Part shown: positions 36,410 to 49,904 of the stretch, piece by piece | Layout of the letters: each line of letters begins with the position of its first letter | Position numbering within the stretch: the stretch's first letter is position 1 | Translations under genes and position numbers: made by a program | Notes under the pieces: model-generated | What the model saw: the letters and a program-made list of their open reading frames with translations, nothing else | What the model was told of the DNA's origin: nothing | Database searches by the model: none | Assembly (NCBI RefSeq): GCF_002105155.1 | Contig: NW_019028988.1 | Span: 186,001-250,000, forward strand | Direction: 5' to 3' | DNA: 64,000 nucleotides | Origin: Lobosporangium transversale | Taxonomy: Eukaryota

Positions 36410-36711
36410 AAACAAAGCAAATCAAACCAAAAAAATAAAAAAAAATAAAAAAAAAAAAAAAAAAAAAAGACGCTTGGTTTTTGTATACCAAATCTTAGTG
36501 ATCCCTTCATTATTCTAGTCATAATAAGTAATAAAGAAAAAGAGAGGAAAGGAGGCCGCATTTGCCACCCTTTTATGATTCAAAAGGGAATGTCTAAGCC
36601 ACTTTAAATTTATTGTGCCTTGTCAATCGCTCAGCCCCCGCATATTAGTTTGGCCACAAGTGCAGTAGGGATTGAATTCCTCCTCTTTGCTCAAAAATCC
36701 AATTTTTAACA

Positions 36712-36929
36712 ATGGTATTTATTTAAGGGGTCATTTCGATCTTTTAAGAAATATGGGCAAATAGTGAGATCAAGTAAAAAAAAAAAAAAAATAAAAAAAA
36801 AAATCCAAGTTGAGAAAACAAAAGGATATATCCATCGATTAGGGAAATAAAAAAAAAAAAAGCTATCAGGAACATCCTAGGCATCCTTTGGAAACACTCT
36901 ACTAAGCCTATATCTTTCAGTTAATCAGG

Positions 36930-36961
<32 letters not shown>

Positions 36962-37225
36962 GCGAGATGGGATGCAAATGGATTTTCGACGTTGAATGCA
37001 AAATCATGGAGTGCTACAGATCGCATATAATTAAACTAAGCTATGCAATCCAGCAGTTACAACGGGAGAAAAAAAAAAAATGCGTTTAATTTATTATTGT
37101 TTTCTGGCACTACAAAACTGAAGAACAGAAAGAAAGAGAAGTTGTCAGCAAGAAACAGCAGCTAATAACCGACAGAGGAAGAAAAAAAAAAAACGGAAAG
37201 CTTGGAAAAAAAAGATCTCACCTTC

Positions 37226-37261
<36 letters not shown>

Positions 37262-37325
37262 CCAGCTCATAACTCCACAATCAACTAATAGGACTAACGA
37301 AAAATGCAACTATTGTCTTATTTCG

Positions 37326-37358
<33 letters not shown>

Positions 37359-38499
37359 GATACTATAGCGCACTCCTACTTTCCAGCGTGTCGTTGAGGT
37401 TGGCCGTGTTGTCATGATCAACTATGGTCCTGATGCCGGCAAGCTCGCAGTTATTGTCGATATCATTGACCACAACCGCGTATGTGTTTCTTAATTTGAA
37501 ATTATCCACGGATCAGGAATATCATTTTATCATTCATTTCAAGGAAGGCAAGGAAATCAATAAGCAAAAGAAGACATCTTGCCGTTGGTCAACGCAGGAG
37601 CGACTCTATCAACAATAGGCTCGGGGAAGAAAAAAAAAAAAAGCTTGTAGACAATTCTAGGGCAACATATCTGAAAAAACGAAACTGAAAATAACGAAGC
37701 AAAAAGTCTATGTGTACACGAGTCTAATCAGGAATGGCTGCATGGCTGCATGGATGGATCGATGGATGGATTGACAAGTTGGATGAGCATAGTATGAAAG
37801 GATTCGGCGTCTGGATGAAACACCTCTAGTTTTACAAATCCAGAACTGTATACAGACCGGCCAGAAACTGATTGCGATGAACAGATGAATAAACAGGAAA
37901 AATAGCAAGCTGGAATCAAGTATGAACCAGGGACTCGGGCCTTTTTTCATGTTCTGCATGACTTTAAAGTCTTTTTGGAGTATCATATATCTTCCAAATG
38001 ACGGGACAAATTAATTATAAAGAGAAAAAAGGCGCAAGCGGAATAGCTTTTATTACGATCAACATACTTACCTTAATTTCCTGTGTTTGTCTCCATTAAT
38101 ATCGTTAGGCTCTAATTGAAGGCCCCACCACTGGTATTCCCCGCAGTGCCCATGCCTTCCGTCGCTTAACCTTGACTCCCTTGGTCATCAAGGTTCCTCG
38201 CAACGCTGGTCAGGCTGTTCTCAAGGCTGCCATTCAGAAGCAGGATCTCGCTGGTAACTGGGCCAAGACCTCTTGGGCTAAGAAGATCGCCTCTCGTTCC
38301 AAGCGCGCTTCCAACACTGACTTTGACCGCTTCAAACTCCAGAAATACAAGAAGCTTGTAAGTTTTGACTATGCTTTTATTATATGAAATCATAAAGGAG
38401 TCTTGCAGTAATACTAATTCATTATATATTATTGTAATAAAATACTAATAATAGCGTCGCGAGATTGTCAACAAGGCTGTCAAGGCTACCAAGGCTTAG
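36712..38499 (+). CDS. RPL14: 60S ribosomal protein eL14, 4 exons (first coding exon is ATG only)
   Basis: ATG|gtattt at 36712; exon 37369-37479 [37 protein letters not shown]; exon 38109-38357 [24 protein letters not shown]; exon 38455-38499. The start position is inferred from phase and context. Confidence 0.95.
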
Positions 38500-38685
38500 A
38501 GGGAAAAAATAAAAAATAAAATAAAAAAAATAAAAAAAATAAAACTTGCATCTCATCCGCCTTTACCCTATCCTCCTTCTCTCTCTCTTTCTCCTCTTCT
38601 TGTTGCTTTTCCAACTTGTCAGCGAAAGAAAGAAAAGAATAAAAGCATTGTGATTTTACTATACTACTTGAAGGTATCATCATTT

Positions 38686-41600
38686 TTATTTCCGTTCTTT
38701 GAGCTTTAATGTCACTAGCATCCAGAAGATGGCGATGAACAGGATGATGAATCCAATCAGGATGATCATATTTCTCCAATAGCCTCCAAGATCAAATCCA
38801 AATAGCTTTTGCAGGATCAATGATCCAGGCACATTGAACGCGACCCCCTGGATATTATCAACCAGCTTTGTGGTTGCCACCTCATTTACTGCCAAGGCTT
38901 CGAATCCGAACTTAAACATGGATAGATACTGAATCCAGGTTAGGGCTGCTGGGATCTTCCCAGAGTTGATCATGAATCCTCCAAACAACATCATGAATAG
39001 TATTACAATCGACGATGCTAGCGATGCCGCACCTGTGGTCCGAACTCCTGCTGCAATAACCAGGCAGAACATAGCAGTCGCCACGTTGAATAGAACAAGG
39101 ATCAACAGAAACTTGAAGAAAGTCGCCACGTCTGCAGTCAGACCGATCATAAAATAAGAGATACTGCCCATAAAGAGCGATGGGACAATCCTGAGTGGAA
39201 CTAGATCAAATAGCAAGGTTGAAATGATGAACGGCAGAGGTGGATAATAACCATTGGATCGTTCCTTGATGAACAGTATACGAGTCTCTGTGAAGGCCCC
39301 CAGAGCAGATATGCTACTAAACCCCAAAAGAGCAAGCATAAAGAACAGGGACCCAGCGCGGTTCTGAAACCCAGCCAGACTCATGGGTACTTGGAAATAG
39401 AGGCCACCAATAAAAAGACCAAGAACAATCGATACTCCCAAATGGAGAACTAGCAAAGATCGATCACGGATCAGATTCTGAAAATCACGCTTCATGATGA
39501 CTTGTAATTGTGTCAAGAAGCTAGTGGGATACACATTTCTTTGTCTCTTTTCGTTGACAGAAGCTGCTGCTGATGCATGATGTTCGGAGAAGGACTCTGG
39601 TTTTTCTATTTGAACAGTAGTTTGATGAGATGATGATGGTGATGGGTTGTTGCTTGCTCTGCCTGTAACTGTTAGTATAGCTTCTGCATGGCTCTCTGAA
39701 TGACCATTGACAACAGCGTGTCGTGAGACAGCATTTCCTGCAGAAACGTGTATTTCACGTCCAGTTGATGCTCCAGCTTTTTCGTTATTGTTTTTATCAA
39801 TGGCTTTGCTCAATAACGCATCATCCATGGCAATATCCAATAGGTAATCTGCAATGTTGTAGTTTGGAGGACAGACTAAATTGCGTTGCCGGAAATGCTC
39901 CGCTACTGTGTCCGTAGGTCCAAAATAAAGGGTCTCTCCTTTACTGATGACCAATGTCTGATCAAACATGAAGAAAATATCGGAGCGAGGTTGGTGGATT
40001 GTCAGGATCACAGTCGTTGTCTTGTTGGCTGCTAGTTTGCAGAGTTGCTCGACCACCATGCGTGCACTGTAAGAGTCCAGTCCAGAGGTGGGCTCGTCCA
40101 GAATCAAAATCGGGGGACGTGTAATCAGTTCCAATGCGATCGAGACACGGCGTTTCTCTCCTCCAGAGATACCACGCGCTGTAACATTGCCGATCCTACG
40201 ATCTGCGCAGTGAGTCAATCCCAACATCTCAATCACCTCCGAAACGCGCTCGTGGACCCGGTGAATAGGCATTGCCTCAGGAAGGCGTAGCATGGCAGAG
40301 TACAGCACTGCTTCGTACACAGTCTGAGTAGGCGGCAACGTATCCTCCTGATCCACAAATCCGACTGCTCTGCGAATATCACTTTCATGAACTTGCTTGC
40401 CATTCAACAGGATCTGACCCGTGACCTTGCCATCCTTGCGTTTACCTGCCAAGATGTCAACCAGTGTCGATTTACCAGCACCAGATGGCCCCATCACCGC
40501 TAGGACCACGCCAGCAGGTGCTGCTCCTGAGATACCCTTCAGAATCTCCAGTCCGTCCTTATTAAGAGTATAGCCCACATTGCGGAACTCAAGTGATGCT
40601 GCTTCGGCATTGAGAGTGTAAGGTGTACGTCTGAGGATAAGTTGATTCCGACGGGCAATCGAACAAACAACAATCAAGAACAAAACCAATGCGCCCAGAA
40701 TGGCCAAACAGGCGATCACACCTGGGGACATAGTGCTTTTGATTGTGGTGACAGTGGATTGCATCTCTGATGGGAACACACATTCACCCAGGTCGCAGTC
40801 CGTCACTTTGAGACCCGTCGGAAACAATCCACTGAGGTCTTTAATATAAAAATCGCACTCATTACTGTTCTGTGGACAGCTCAATGAGAAGGGGCCTTTC
40901 AAACCATCGACGACATTTCCGAGTGTTACAACAGGTCCTGGGACACCTCCGCAAATGAGCGTTGGTTTGATACACTTACAATTCAGTATTGGGCAATCCC
41001 ATCTTGTTTGAATAGCACCTTTCTCTTCTATTGTGGCAAGTGTGCAGTTAGGAGCACTGCAGAAGAACTGTTCAGTATGATCCAACCACAGTTGAGCATT
41101 CACTGTCTTGTTGACTGGGTCCAAGCTCATTGTCAGACTGTACTCTCCAGGGAAGAAGCCTGTCAGTTCAGGGGCACGGACTGCACAAGTCATGTATGCA
41201 TTATGGTAAACCTCGGATTTTTTGTTGCAGACCATCTCCTCATTGCTCAAGAAGGATGTTCGCGACGGTGGTTTCGATCGACAGCCTGCATCTGTCTGGC
41301 AAACTGTATACAAATAAATGAATAAGTAAATCAACCTCATGTGCCAAACCCTGTAACCATCATCAAATACACACACAGCACAACAAGTAAAAAAAAAAAA
41401 AAAAAAAAAAAAAGTTGCTGATTTTAGTACCATTGCAATTGAATCCTCCAAAACCATCGTCACACGAGCTACAGCTGGTATTTGAAGCAACTGTGGGTCG
41501 TTGTGCGGGGTCTATCAAAGGCGAGCCGCATGCTAGGAGACTGCAGTCAATACCACCGAACCCAGACATACATTTGCAAGCCTTGTTCTCACAAACACCG

Positions 41601-41856
41601 TTATTTAGGCAGCCCTAAAAACAAACCCATTTGTAAATGAAGAATGTTGAATAAGGATGAAAAGCAATAGGAGTCTACATCTGCAAATGCAAACTTGACT
41701 TACTTTGGGTGAGGCTGAGCAATCGTATTGTGCTTCACATGTTTGTGATGGTGGTATGGCCGTAGAGATAGCAGTGGTGACAACAGTGCTCGTGGCGCTC
41801 TGAGCACAAATATGACCTGCCAAGGTCATGAATATGAGGAAACTATTGAGATGCAT
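38686..41856 (-). CDS. ADP1: Adp1-type ABCG half transporter with signal peptide and EGF-like Cys-rich ectodomain, 3 exons
   Basis: N-terminal hydrophobic leader; CLNNGVCENKACKCMSGFGGIDC; Walker A GPSGAGKST; signature ISGGEKRR; Walker B LILDEPTSGLD; C-terminal ABC2 membrane domain. Confidence 0.93.
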
Positions 41857-43082
41857 TGCAGTATTGTTGTTATTTATTATTCTGGTGGCCTACAAAAATT
41901 GAAAAGTGCGTTGTGTACGACAGGATTTAAAGTTAAAATTAAAATAAAAAATACGCGTATGGCTGTTGCAGAGGTCAGGTCAAAGAAGAATGCGAGCATG
42001 CAAATTTAGCGAATGAAGACATGGCAATTACAATGACAATTGACCATGAAAAGGCAGGTCTTTTGGAAAGGAGGTGAGGGAAAGGGAAGAAGGAGTGATA
42101 TTAGTTAAAGGGACAAGAGACAGTAAAAAAAAAAGCTATAGGGTCCAAGATATGCATGCACACCCGTCCCGTTAAACAACGACCTCCGATCTTTTTTTTA
42201 AAAAAAAAGGAGAGATGGGGCTATTATGCATCTCGAGGAAAGCCAATTGCTGCAGGCAAAACCAGGTGATGAATCCAAGGGCAGGTTCTGGGCATTAATC
42301 ATTTTACTCCATTCTTTTTTTGCCCTTTACTTATTGCACTCATAAACCAATGCTCACTGCATGAAGATTGGCCTTAACCGGTATTCTGTTGACTACATGT
42401 ATATACTAGGCAGCTGGATCAAAAAGATGAATATTGCCTCTTTCTCTGCTGAGAATCAGCCTACTCCATCCCAAGACAGCCATGGAAAGCGGCTGAAAGC
42501 AACTCTTCTGTTTCTCATCCTCTTTCATACGTTTCTTGATGTGCCCACCCCATCATCGCGCAGTTCTTTTTTTGTGGCTGTCTTGTAAATGAGTTGGTGG
42601 CTGTTGTCCAAATCAGAAGACGTTACTGCGAAGGCATTGAACAAAAAAGGATAGGCTTAATTCATTGTTCAATTCCTTTATTTCTTACAACTGAAGTCCT
42701 TAATAAGCCGATAGAGTCAGGACAAAGGATATAATATGTCGAGAGAGCTATGCTATTAGCGTAGATGGGTATATCTTTCTCTAAATTACCATCCTCTTGA
42801 CCTTTGATCATCTAATCAAAGGTGTCTGCGCGGTAAGCTCTAAAGCCGCAAGGTTCAAGATCAAGCCCATTCTAACCTCTCTGCGCACGTATTTCTCCTA
42901 GGTTCCCATTGGCTCTGTAAGAAGTGAGATGATGTTTTGTTGCTTTTGTTTACTGTTGGCTGTTTGGAATCGTGTACCGCAATAAAAGCCGCAGATTAAT
43001 TGCCCGGCCTCGTGTAATGAACAATACGGCAAGGACATAGACGCGTATCTTTTTAATCTGCATGGGTCAGAGATAAAATTTA

Positions 43083-46000
43083 CTATGAGATAGCCGACTC
43101 CTGTGACACCGACTCGATCGCAGGCTCAGATGATGGTGGTGGTAGGCGGCTGGCAACTATTCTCTGGCGTAAAGTTGGATCTAGCTCCAGATCCAAACTT
43201 GCTACACCCCCAGTTAGCTGTAGTAGATGATCTAAACATCTTAACAGCTTATTTTCTAGTAGATCTCGATACTGGAATTCGCCAAATTCTTGATCCTCTT
43301 GTTTCTCATCTAGGCTTTGGACTGCGCACATGAGTACCTGAACCATGTGCCGAAGCATGGCTTGATCACCATATTTGGCTCTCGTTTTTGGCACCGCAAG
43401 CGCCGCACAAGCATTAATTCGGACCTTAAAGTTTTTGCTTTGTTGAATAGCCTGTAAAAGTGCGTGGTAGATGTCCTTTGTCCACGAAACCATAGGCGAG
43501 TCCAGAGCATAGCTAGTGCCCGCAGTAGATCCGATCGGAAAGTCTGGATTAAGCAATACGTTTTGCATAGCGTAACATGCATTCCAGCGACCCTGATATT
43601 TCATTTTATGATGGGTTATAGAGACATTAAAATCCTATGAATGAATCGGACATCAAAAAACCTTTAGGGGAAAGGAGGAAGGAAGAAAGAGAAAAACTAT
43701 ACCTTAAGAGACCCTTGTTCCATGTGTCTGATTAAGGTATATATGGCATCTTTAACCAAGCTATGTCTTTCCCGCTCTAGAATACCTTCGAAGGTGACAC
43801 GAAGAAGGCCTCCGATGGCCCGAATACCATTTGATTTGATCTTTTCATGGTCTTGACAGATCAGCAATGCAGTCTTGATGATTCGTGTCCACAGAGGCAA
43901 CGTCAAGACTTCTTCTAAGATGTGATCATATTCTGCTCCCTTGTTTTTGAGTAGAACTAACGAATCACTCAAATTGCCAACAGCCCAGCTGGCTCGGACT
44001 CGAACATTCAAGTTGGGGTCTTGACACAAGCCCAGGACAGTGCTCGCCATGTCTATCATGTTGCCCGTATCCCCATGAAGCGATAGGAAAAGGATAAATA
44101 CCCCAATAGCACGACATGCAGCAGCTCGGGCTGTAGGATGCTCATCGAGGGCTGTACCCAGTACAAGCGACATGATTAACATCTGAAGTCGGCCCTACAA
44201 AACAATAACAGGCCAAAAGGAAGGAATGTTAATAAATGGGGTCCTCAAGTCAATAAAAGTGGTTTAAGTGGTAATAAATGTGAGTGGCAATGATCATTGA
44301 TAAGCTTTACAGGCAGGTCATCAAATATATCCGAGGGGAGGTGAGAGATGCAATCACATCCCAACGCCTTAATAGATGGATTATCTTCCGCAAATGCTTT
44401 GAGGACATGCCTCTCCATGACATCCTTCCACCACTCTGATGCCTACATGGAGCAAAGATGATAAACTAGGGTATTAGCAATATTCAAACACTCAAGCCCT
44501 TATATAAAGCCTACTACAAAAGTGTTTCAGGTTACCAGTGGATCTGATGCAGACGCTCCAGATTTGGTATATTCCTCCAGGAAAAAAAGTCCTGCGGAAC
44601 GGACACGGATGTCTTCTGACAGCTGTAGCTGCTGTTCATTTCCTCCTTCAATCCCTCCCCCGCCACTATGCTCCAAAGCGGCATCGAGTCGTGGCCATGC
44701 AGGCTTGAGCAGGTCAAAGTAATATTGAGCGATGACTCGTAGGACACCCCAGGCTTCCAGGCAAACCGCCACACATGTCCTCGGACTCTCAACCAAGCAT
44801 AAAAGTTTTGAGAGTAGCTCCGGAATAACATTGATATTGGCACTGGCATTGAGTGATGCTGTTGAGAATGACAGAATATGCTGCCGTGTGTCTACTGTTG
44901 CAGACGAATTGCTCAACAGAGCCGAGAGGAAAGAAAGCGTCGCAGTCTGCAATGTTGATTCTTTTCAATAGAGAATGAGAATGAACAAGAGAAAAGATAT
45001 TAGGAATGTGATTCATAACCTTACAACACTATAAAAAGCATAATTCTAAAGGGTATCGTATGCACCATTTGAGTCCATGAATCTCTCAATAGAACGCCAT
45101 ACTAAGAGTGCAAGCCCTGGCCTCATTTTCTCATACGAGCAGTTGGCCACGATTGATGAACAGCATTTAATCATCGGAATTATAACCCCATGTTCAACGA
45201 CGAGTTTGTCTAACGCATTCATAGCCGTAGCGATACCGATATGTAGCTCTCGAACCATAATGCCTATTCTTTCCGATAGCGCCAATAAACCCGTCTGGTT
45301 CCTAATGGCCAAGCCAGACAGGCCTGCCGTGTTTCTTTCTTCCTCAGCCATAGCTAGATACTGCTTTGAATTCTCGAGAATGCTACCAAGGACAGCACAA
45401 GCCGCAGAGCGTACATTAAAGATTGGGTCAGTCGAAATTAATCCAATGAGCGAAGGTGCTTTATGTGTGCCTGCCATCATTGGTGCTGCGTTCGAGCTCG
45501 TTAAGAATTTGGGCCAGTGTGGCTGTAGCTGCTTGGGAGCACCTCTTGCCAGAGCTTGTAAGCAGAGTAATGCGTTCAGCCTCACTTTCCCATCGTGTTG
45601 CCTCCGATGTGAGAGATGAGCTCCTAATTCTGAATCAGAGTATTCCGAATCAGAGGACTGCATGTTACGATAAGATATGAACGATGATGGCTCTGAAATA
45701 TCCAGTGAGTGTTGTTGCGATGGTGAGATATTGGAGGACCCAACTCCTGCTGATTTCACCAAGGATACCATGTTTGTTGATGGGGAGGAATATACGGAGC
45801 GCTGGATGACCCCGGCGTTGAATACGCTGGTGGATGACGACACGGAAGTTGACTGCATTGTCAGGTTTTCAGAAGTATAAAACATGAATCGGCAGACAAT
45901 ATTTATGAATGGTGCTAAGGATCGTGTGGACATGCGTTTGTCCTCCTGCAATAAAAAATGCAGTGCTCGGAGTGCGGAGCTAATAAGCTGGCGGCGACCA

Positions 46001-47206
46001 CGTTGAAAAAATAAATAAGTCCTAGTATTACTAGACTTTGTAATACGCCACATCTTAAATTGAAAGCTACTCATACCTTTCGATCCGATCCGCGGTCTCT
46101 ACGGCGCGATGTGCTAGAGACCCCCGAAGCTGAGCTAGGATCGAATTGGGACGTGATGGTAAGGTTGGCTAAAAGCAATTCATACATCTGTTCATGATAG
46201 GTTGAGAGGAGATGACCAGTTTTGCAGACAAGATTTGCCATGCAATTCAGTGCCATCCGGCGCAATTCTGATTGTTCCTGTCGCCTTGTGTCCTTGCCGA
46301 CTGCCACAATGATTTCCAATAGATCCTCAAGAGACTGTGATCATTTCAAAAAATAGGTTGTTAGACGAAAAATAAATGGCAGTATCAAAATCAACAAGGA
46401 ACGATTTAATGTTGCGTTGCTGCATAATACTTTACATTCTTTAGGCGGAACCCATTTTCGAATAATACTGCGCTTAATGCACGAAGAATATCCACCTTAA
46501 CGCGGTCAGGGTCGTCTACAGGCGAAGGGGAGGTAATCGTGCCAGTACCACTCAAGTTGCTATCTGCATCCACATTTTCTTTTGATTGTTCGTATTTGTA
46601 TGCGGATATGAAGAACTGACATAATAATTCTATGGTGTCCTGCTGTGGGCTACTAGATACGGGAACCTTCAAAGAAAAACAACAAAAAAGCGGGCATATT
46701 AAAAAAAAAGCTCCTTTTGAGACTTTTGAAACTGAACATTAGTGCTTCTAACCTTAATAAGATCCCGACTGAATAAAGAAAATACGACTTTCGACATCAA
46801 GTCAACATCCTGTATTGACTCAGCTGATAATGTATAGCATGCTGAAGCAATTTTTGTTAAAGCAACCTAAGTTGACAGGGATCGGGCAGGAGATTTAGCT
46901 TCTTTTTATGCCGGGTTTTTAGTCCATTAAAGCCAATGAACGCTGCAGACCTGCCTTTGATAATTCATGAATGTCTTCTGTATCCTTGGACTTGTCTGTC
47001 CCCAGCTCTTTAACGTGTCCCTGTATTCGGCTCAAATCCTCCCTCAATGCTGCTATGTCAGCAGCTAAGAGCTGAGAACAACCACTTGCCTCTCTTGCTT
47101 GCTGTCTGAGGCCCGGTTGTCTCTTGGGCGAGTGTTCAGAGTCGATTTTACGGTGTGCAGATCCTCGATGGTGCCGGTAGCTCTTCTGTCGCGATGCATT
47201 CGTCAT
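43083..47206 (-). CDS. HEATR6: HEAT repeat-containing protein 6 homolog, multi-exon
   Basis: SSDSEYSDSE followed by KVRLNALLCL; NCSYEKMRPGL; RAAACRAIGVF; NVRVRASWAVGNLSD; RWNACYAMQN; KNFKVRINACAAL. The start at 47206 (MTNASRQ) is inferred. Confidence 0.85.
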
Positions 47207-47410
47207 TGAGTCTCGAGGAAACAAGTAAAAAGCGGCAAAACATGAGCAGGGGCCACAAAGTCTGGTTTCCACAAGCCACTTTTTTTCTTTTTTTTTTCTG
47301 AAGAGATCTCATTCTGTTTCATTATTGGCAAGACGTTTTTCACCATTATTTGTACTCTGGTTGCTCGACCACATTCACACGAGAAAACTACAGGGCTGGA
47401 AATATAACCA
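47207..47410. promoter_or_regulatory. Probable compact bidirectional promoter between HEATR6 and the cyclin gene
   Basis: Divergent start codons only 204 nt apart, with a central poly(T) tract. Confidence 0.55.
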
Positions 47411-49350
47411 ATGTACTCACCTAGTCGACCGACATCTACTAGTCCGGGTACACCTTCCTTGAGACCTTCTCATGGTCAGACACTCACACAACAACAGCAA
47501 CAACAGCCATTGACACAAGCACCAGTACAGACACAAGGACATCTTACACAAGCAGAAGCACAGGCGTCAGTATCCCACACAGCAGTATCAACACAGGGTC
47601 AACTGGCTGCACTGGCTCCCGGAGCAACTACATCAGAATCCGTACGGCCACAAGCATCTCAACTCTCAGAACCTCAACTATTGACATTACAACCAGCGCC
47701 CATCCTTAATTCTATCAACCGCGTCTCACGAACATATTATAGTAAAAAAGATCAAGACACTATTTACTATGCACGAAATCCTGGAATCAGTTTACACCGG
47801 CAGGCAGATATGAGAAGAGAAGCGTGTGAAGTCATTGCAGCTATTGGCAAGAAAATTGGATTGTAAGGAAGATCGCTGGTTCAAAGTAATGGGGAAATCA
47901 ATAGAAAAGAAAAGTTGAAGTCTGACTTCTTTTATTTTAAGTCCGCAACGTACAATCAGCACGGCACAGTTACTTTTACATCGCTTCTTTATGTTCAACT
48001 CTGTCCCAGATACAGGAAATGAGGTAATGTAGTCAAGTATGACATCTAGGCAAAATAAATAATTGTGTTTAGAACCATTATTGACACTCCATGCATATCG
48101 AATGCTTAGGTTGTGATGGCGTGTCTATTTGTGTCATCCAAAGTTGAAGACACTATCAAGAAGCTCAAGGATATCATGGTGGCAACATTTATTTATAGGC
48201 ACTCGGACGCAACGGACTGGGACCCTGAGAGTAGGGTAAGTTAGAAGTCGGACATAGCTTCAATAGAACGAAAGCCATTCTTTTTTAGACTTTTATAAAT
48301 TTACGCTTAGCTTATATACCTGCCTCTTTTTTTTATTTTATCTTTATTTTTAATTGGTCTGGTTGTAGGAAGGCGAAGAGCAACGAAAGCGGGTTCTTTC
48401 GTATGAAAAAATGGTTTTAGAATCTATCTGCTTTGATTTCCGTATTGTCCATCCATATAAATACGTGATCAAGTTTGTCAAAATTATGGGGGGTAAGTAA
48501 GCTGCGAAGCACCATAATTCAATACCTTAAGTACATATTCTATCAGGATGCATGATATTAGAGGAAGCTAATGTCTTTCAATGCTTCTAAAAACTAGGCT
48601 CCCAGAATTTAGCTCGAAAGGCTTGGGATATTGCTCGGAATAGGTAAGAAAGGAGAATACAGGAAATAAGGACAGCGCCACAGCCACCAAAAATAACAAG
48701 GATTTACTCATCTAATACACCCTTGCTCGATCCCATTGCTATCCTGGGAGAACAGCTATAAGGTTGGTGTTTGCCTGGAATACCCTCCTCATACGATAGC
48801 AGCAGGGTCTATATATCTAGCAGCAAAACTGATTGGGGAATCATTCCCAGATCTTGTCCAAGGAGTACCATGGATGAAGGCGTTCAGAACACGATCAATA
48901 GATGTCGATGGTAATATGGAGCGTTTTTATTTGCTTATGAATAATAACCATAAATATGAATGTATATAAAGGAATATTTTTGTGTATAAACATGTGTATC
49001 ATTTGCCTGTTATATAGATTTCAGCCATCAAATGCTAGACCTGCTGTCAATAGGACGTTCGGATGCACAGAGACAACAGTACGATACAATACACATTAGT
49101 CTGAATGATGCACACAGGCTAGATTTGGAGCATCAAATGCCCAAGTTGAAGAAGGCAAGGATAGATTTTGCAACATCAATTGGTGTACAAGCTGGTATGT
49201 TTATTTGGTTACGCTTACGCCTTTTTTTTTTTTTTTTTTTGTCGCAAATGAGCTAATTTGATAAACTTAACAATCTTTTGTTTCATAGAGTTGGAAAGGA
49301 TACAGGACGGTGGAGCATCAAACCCGACTGTGCGATACAGCCAGTCATGA
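47411..49350 (+). CDS. Transcriptional cyclin (cyclin K / Ctk2-like), about 8 exons
   Basis: GKKIGF|PQRTISTAQLLLHRFF, MACLFVSSKVEDTIKKLKDI, RVLSYEKMVLESICFDFRIVHPYKYVIKF, YPPHTIAAGSIYLA; TGA at 49348-49350. Confidence 0.88.
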
Positions 49351-49904
49351 CAAAATTAAAAATAAAATAAAAAAAACTTTTTTTTTTTTTTTTTTTTTTT
49401 TGCCGCGCATTTTTGTCTGGGTCTGTGAGGGTGTGATCACGCGGGTCATGTAATGCGTTCGTACAAATAAACAACACGGACGTGAGCATGCCATGACGAT
49501 TTGCCTCCAAATTCAAGTGACCCATGTTCCACGCGGATATTTTTTATCATGTAAAAAATGATTGTAGTGAGAAGCCAAGCCATGGGCAATTTGCTCAATG
49601 TTCTCCTGAACAAAAAATATCTCCTCTCATTCATCCTTCTTCCTCTCCTCCTTCACACCACACATTTCCATTGTTATTATTCCTTTCCATCTACCCGCGT
49701 GTGTTTTTTTTTTTTTTCTCACACGCCTTTTGCTTTTATCTTCATCTCTATATATATTTTTATATCATTCACATATATTGATACATAGACATATATTTCT
49801 TTTTTTTTTGTATTTGCTCATTTTGTTCACTTTTCATCATTCCATTCCCCACTCTCTCGCCTTCTCAGCATAATATTTTCTTATTCACTCCAACAACAGC
49901 ATAA

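Noticed and set aside
42380..42620. Coding-like segment between ADP1 and HEATR6
   Set aside because: Only short ORFs, with no coherent splice model or recognisable motif
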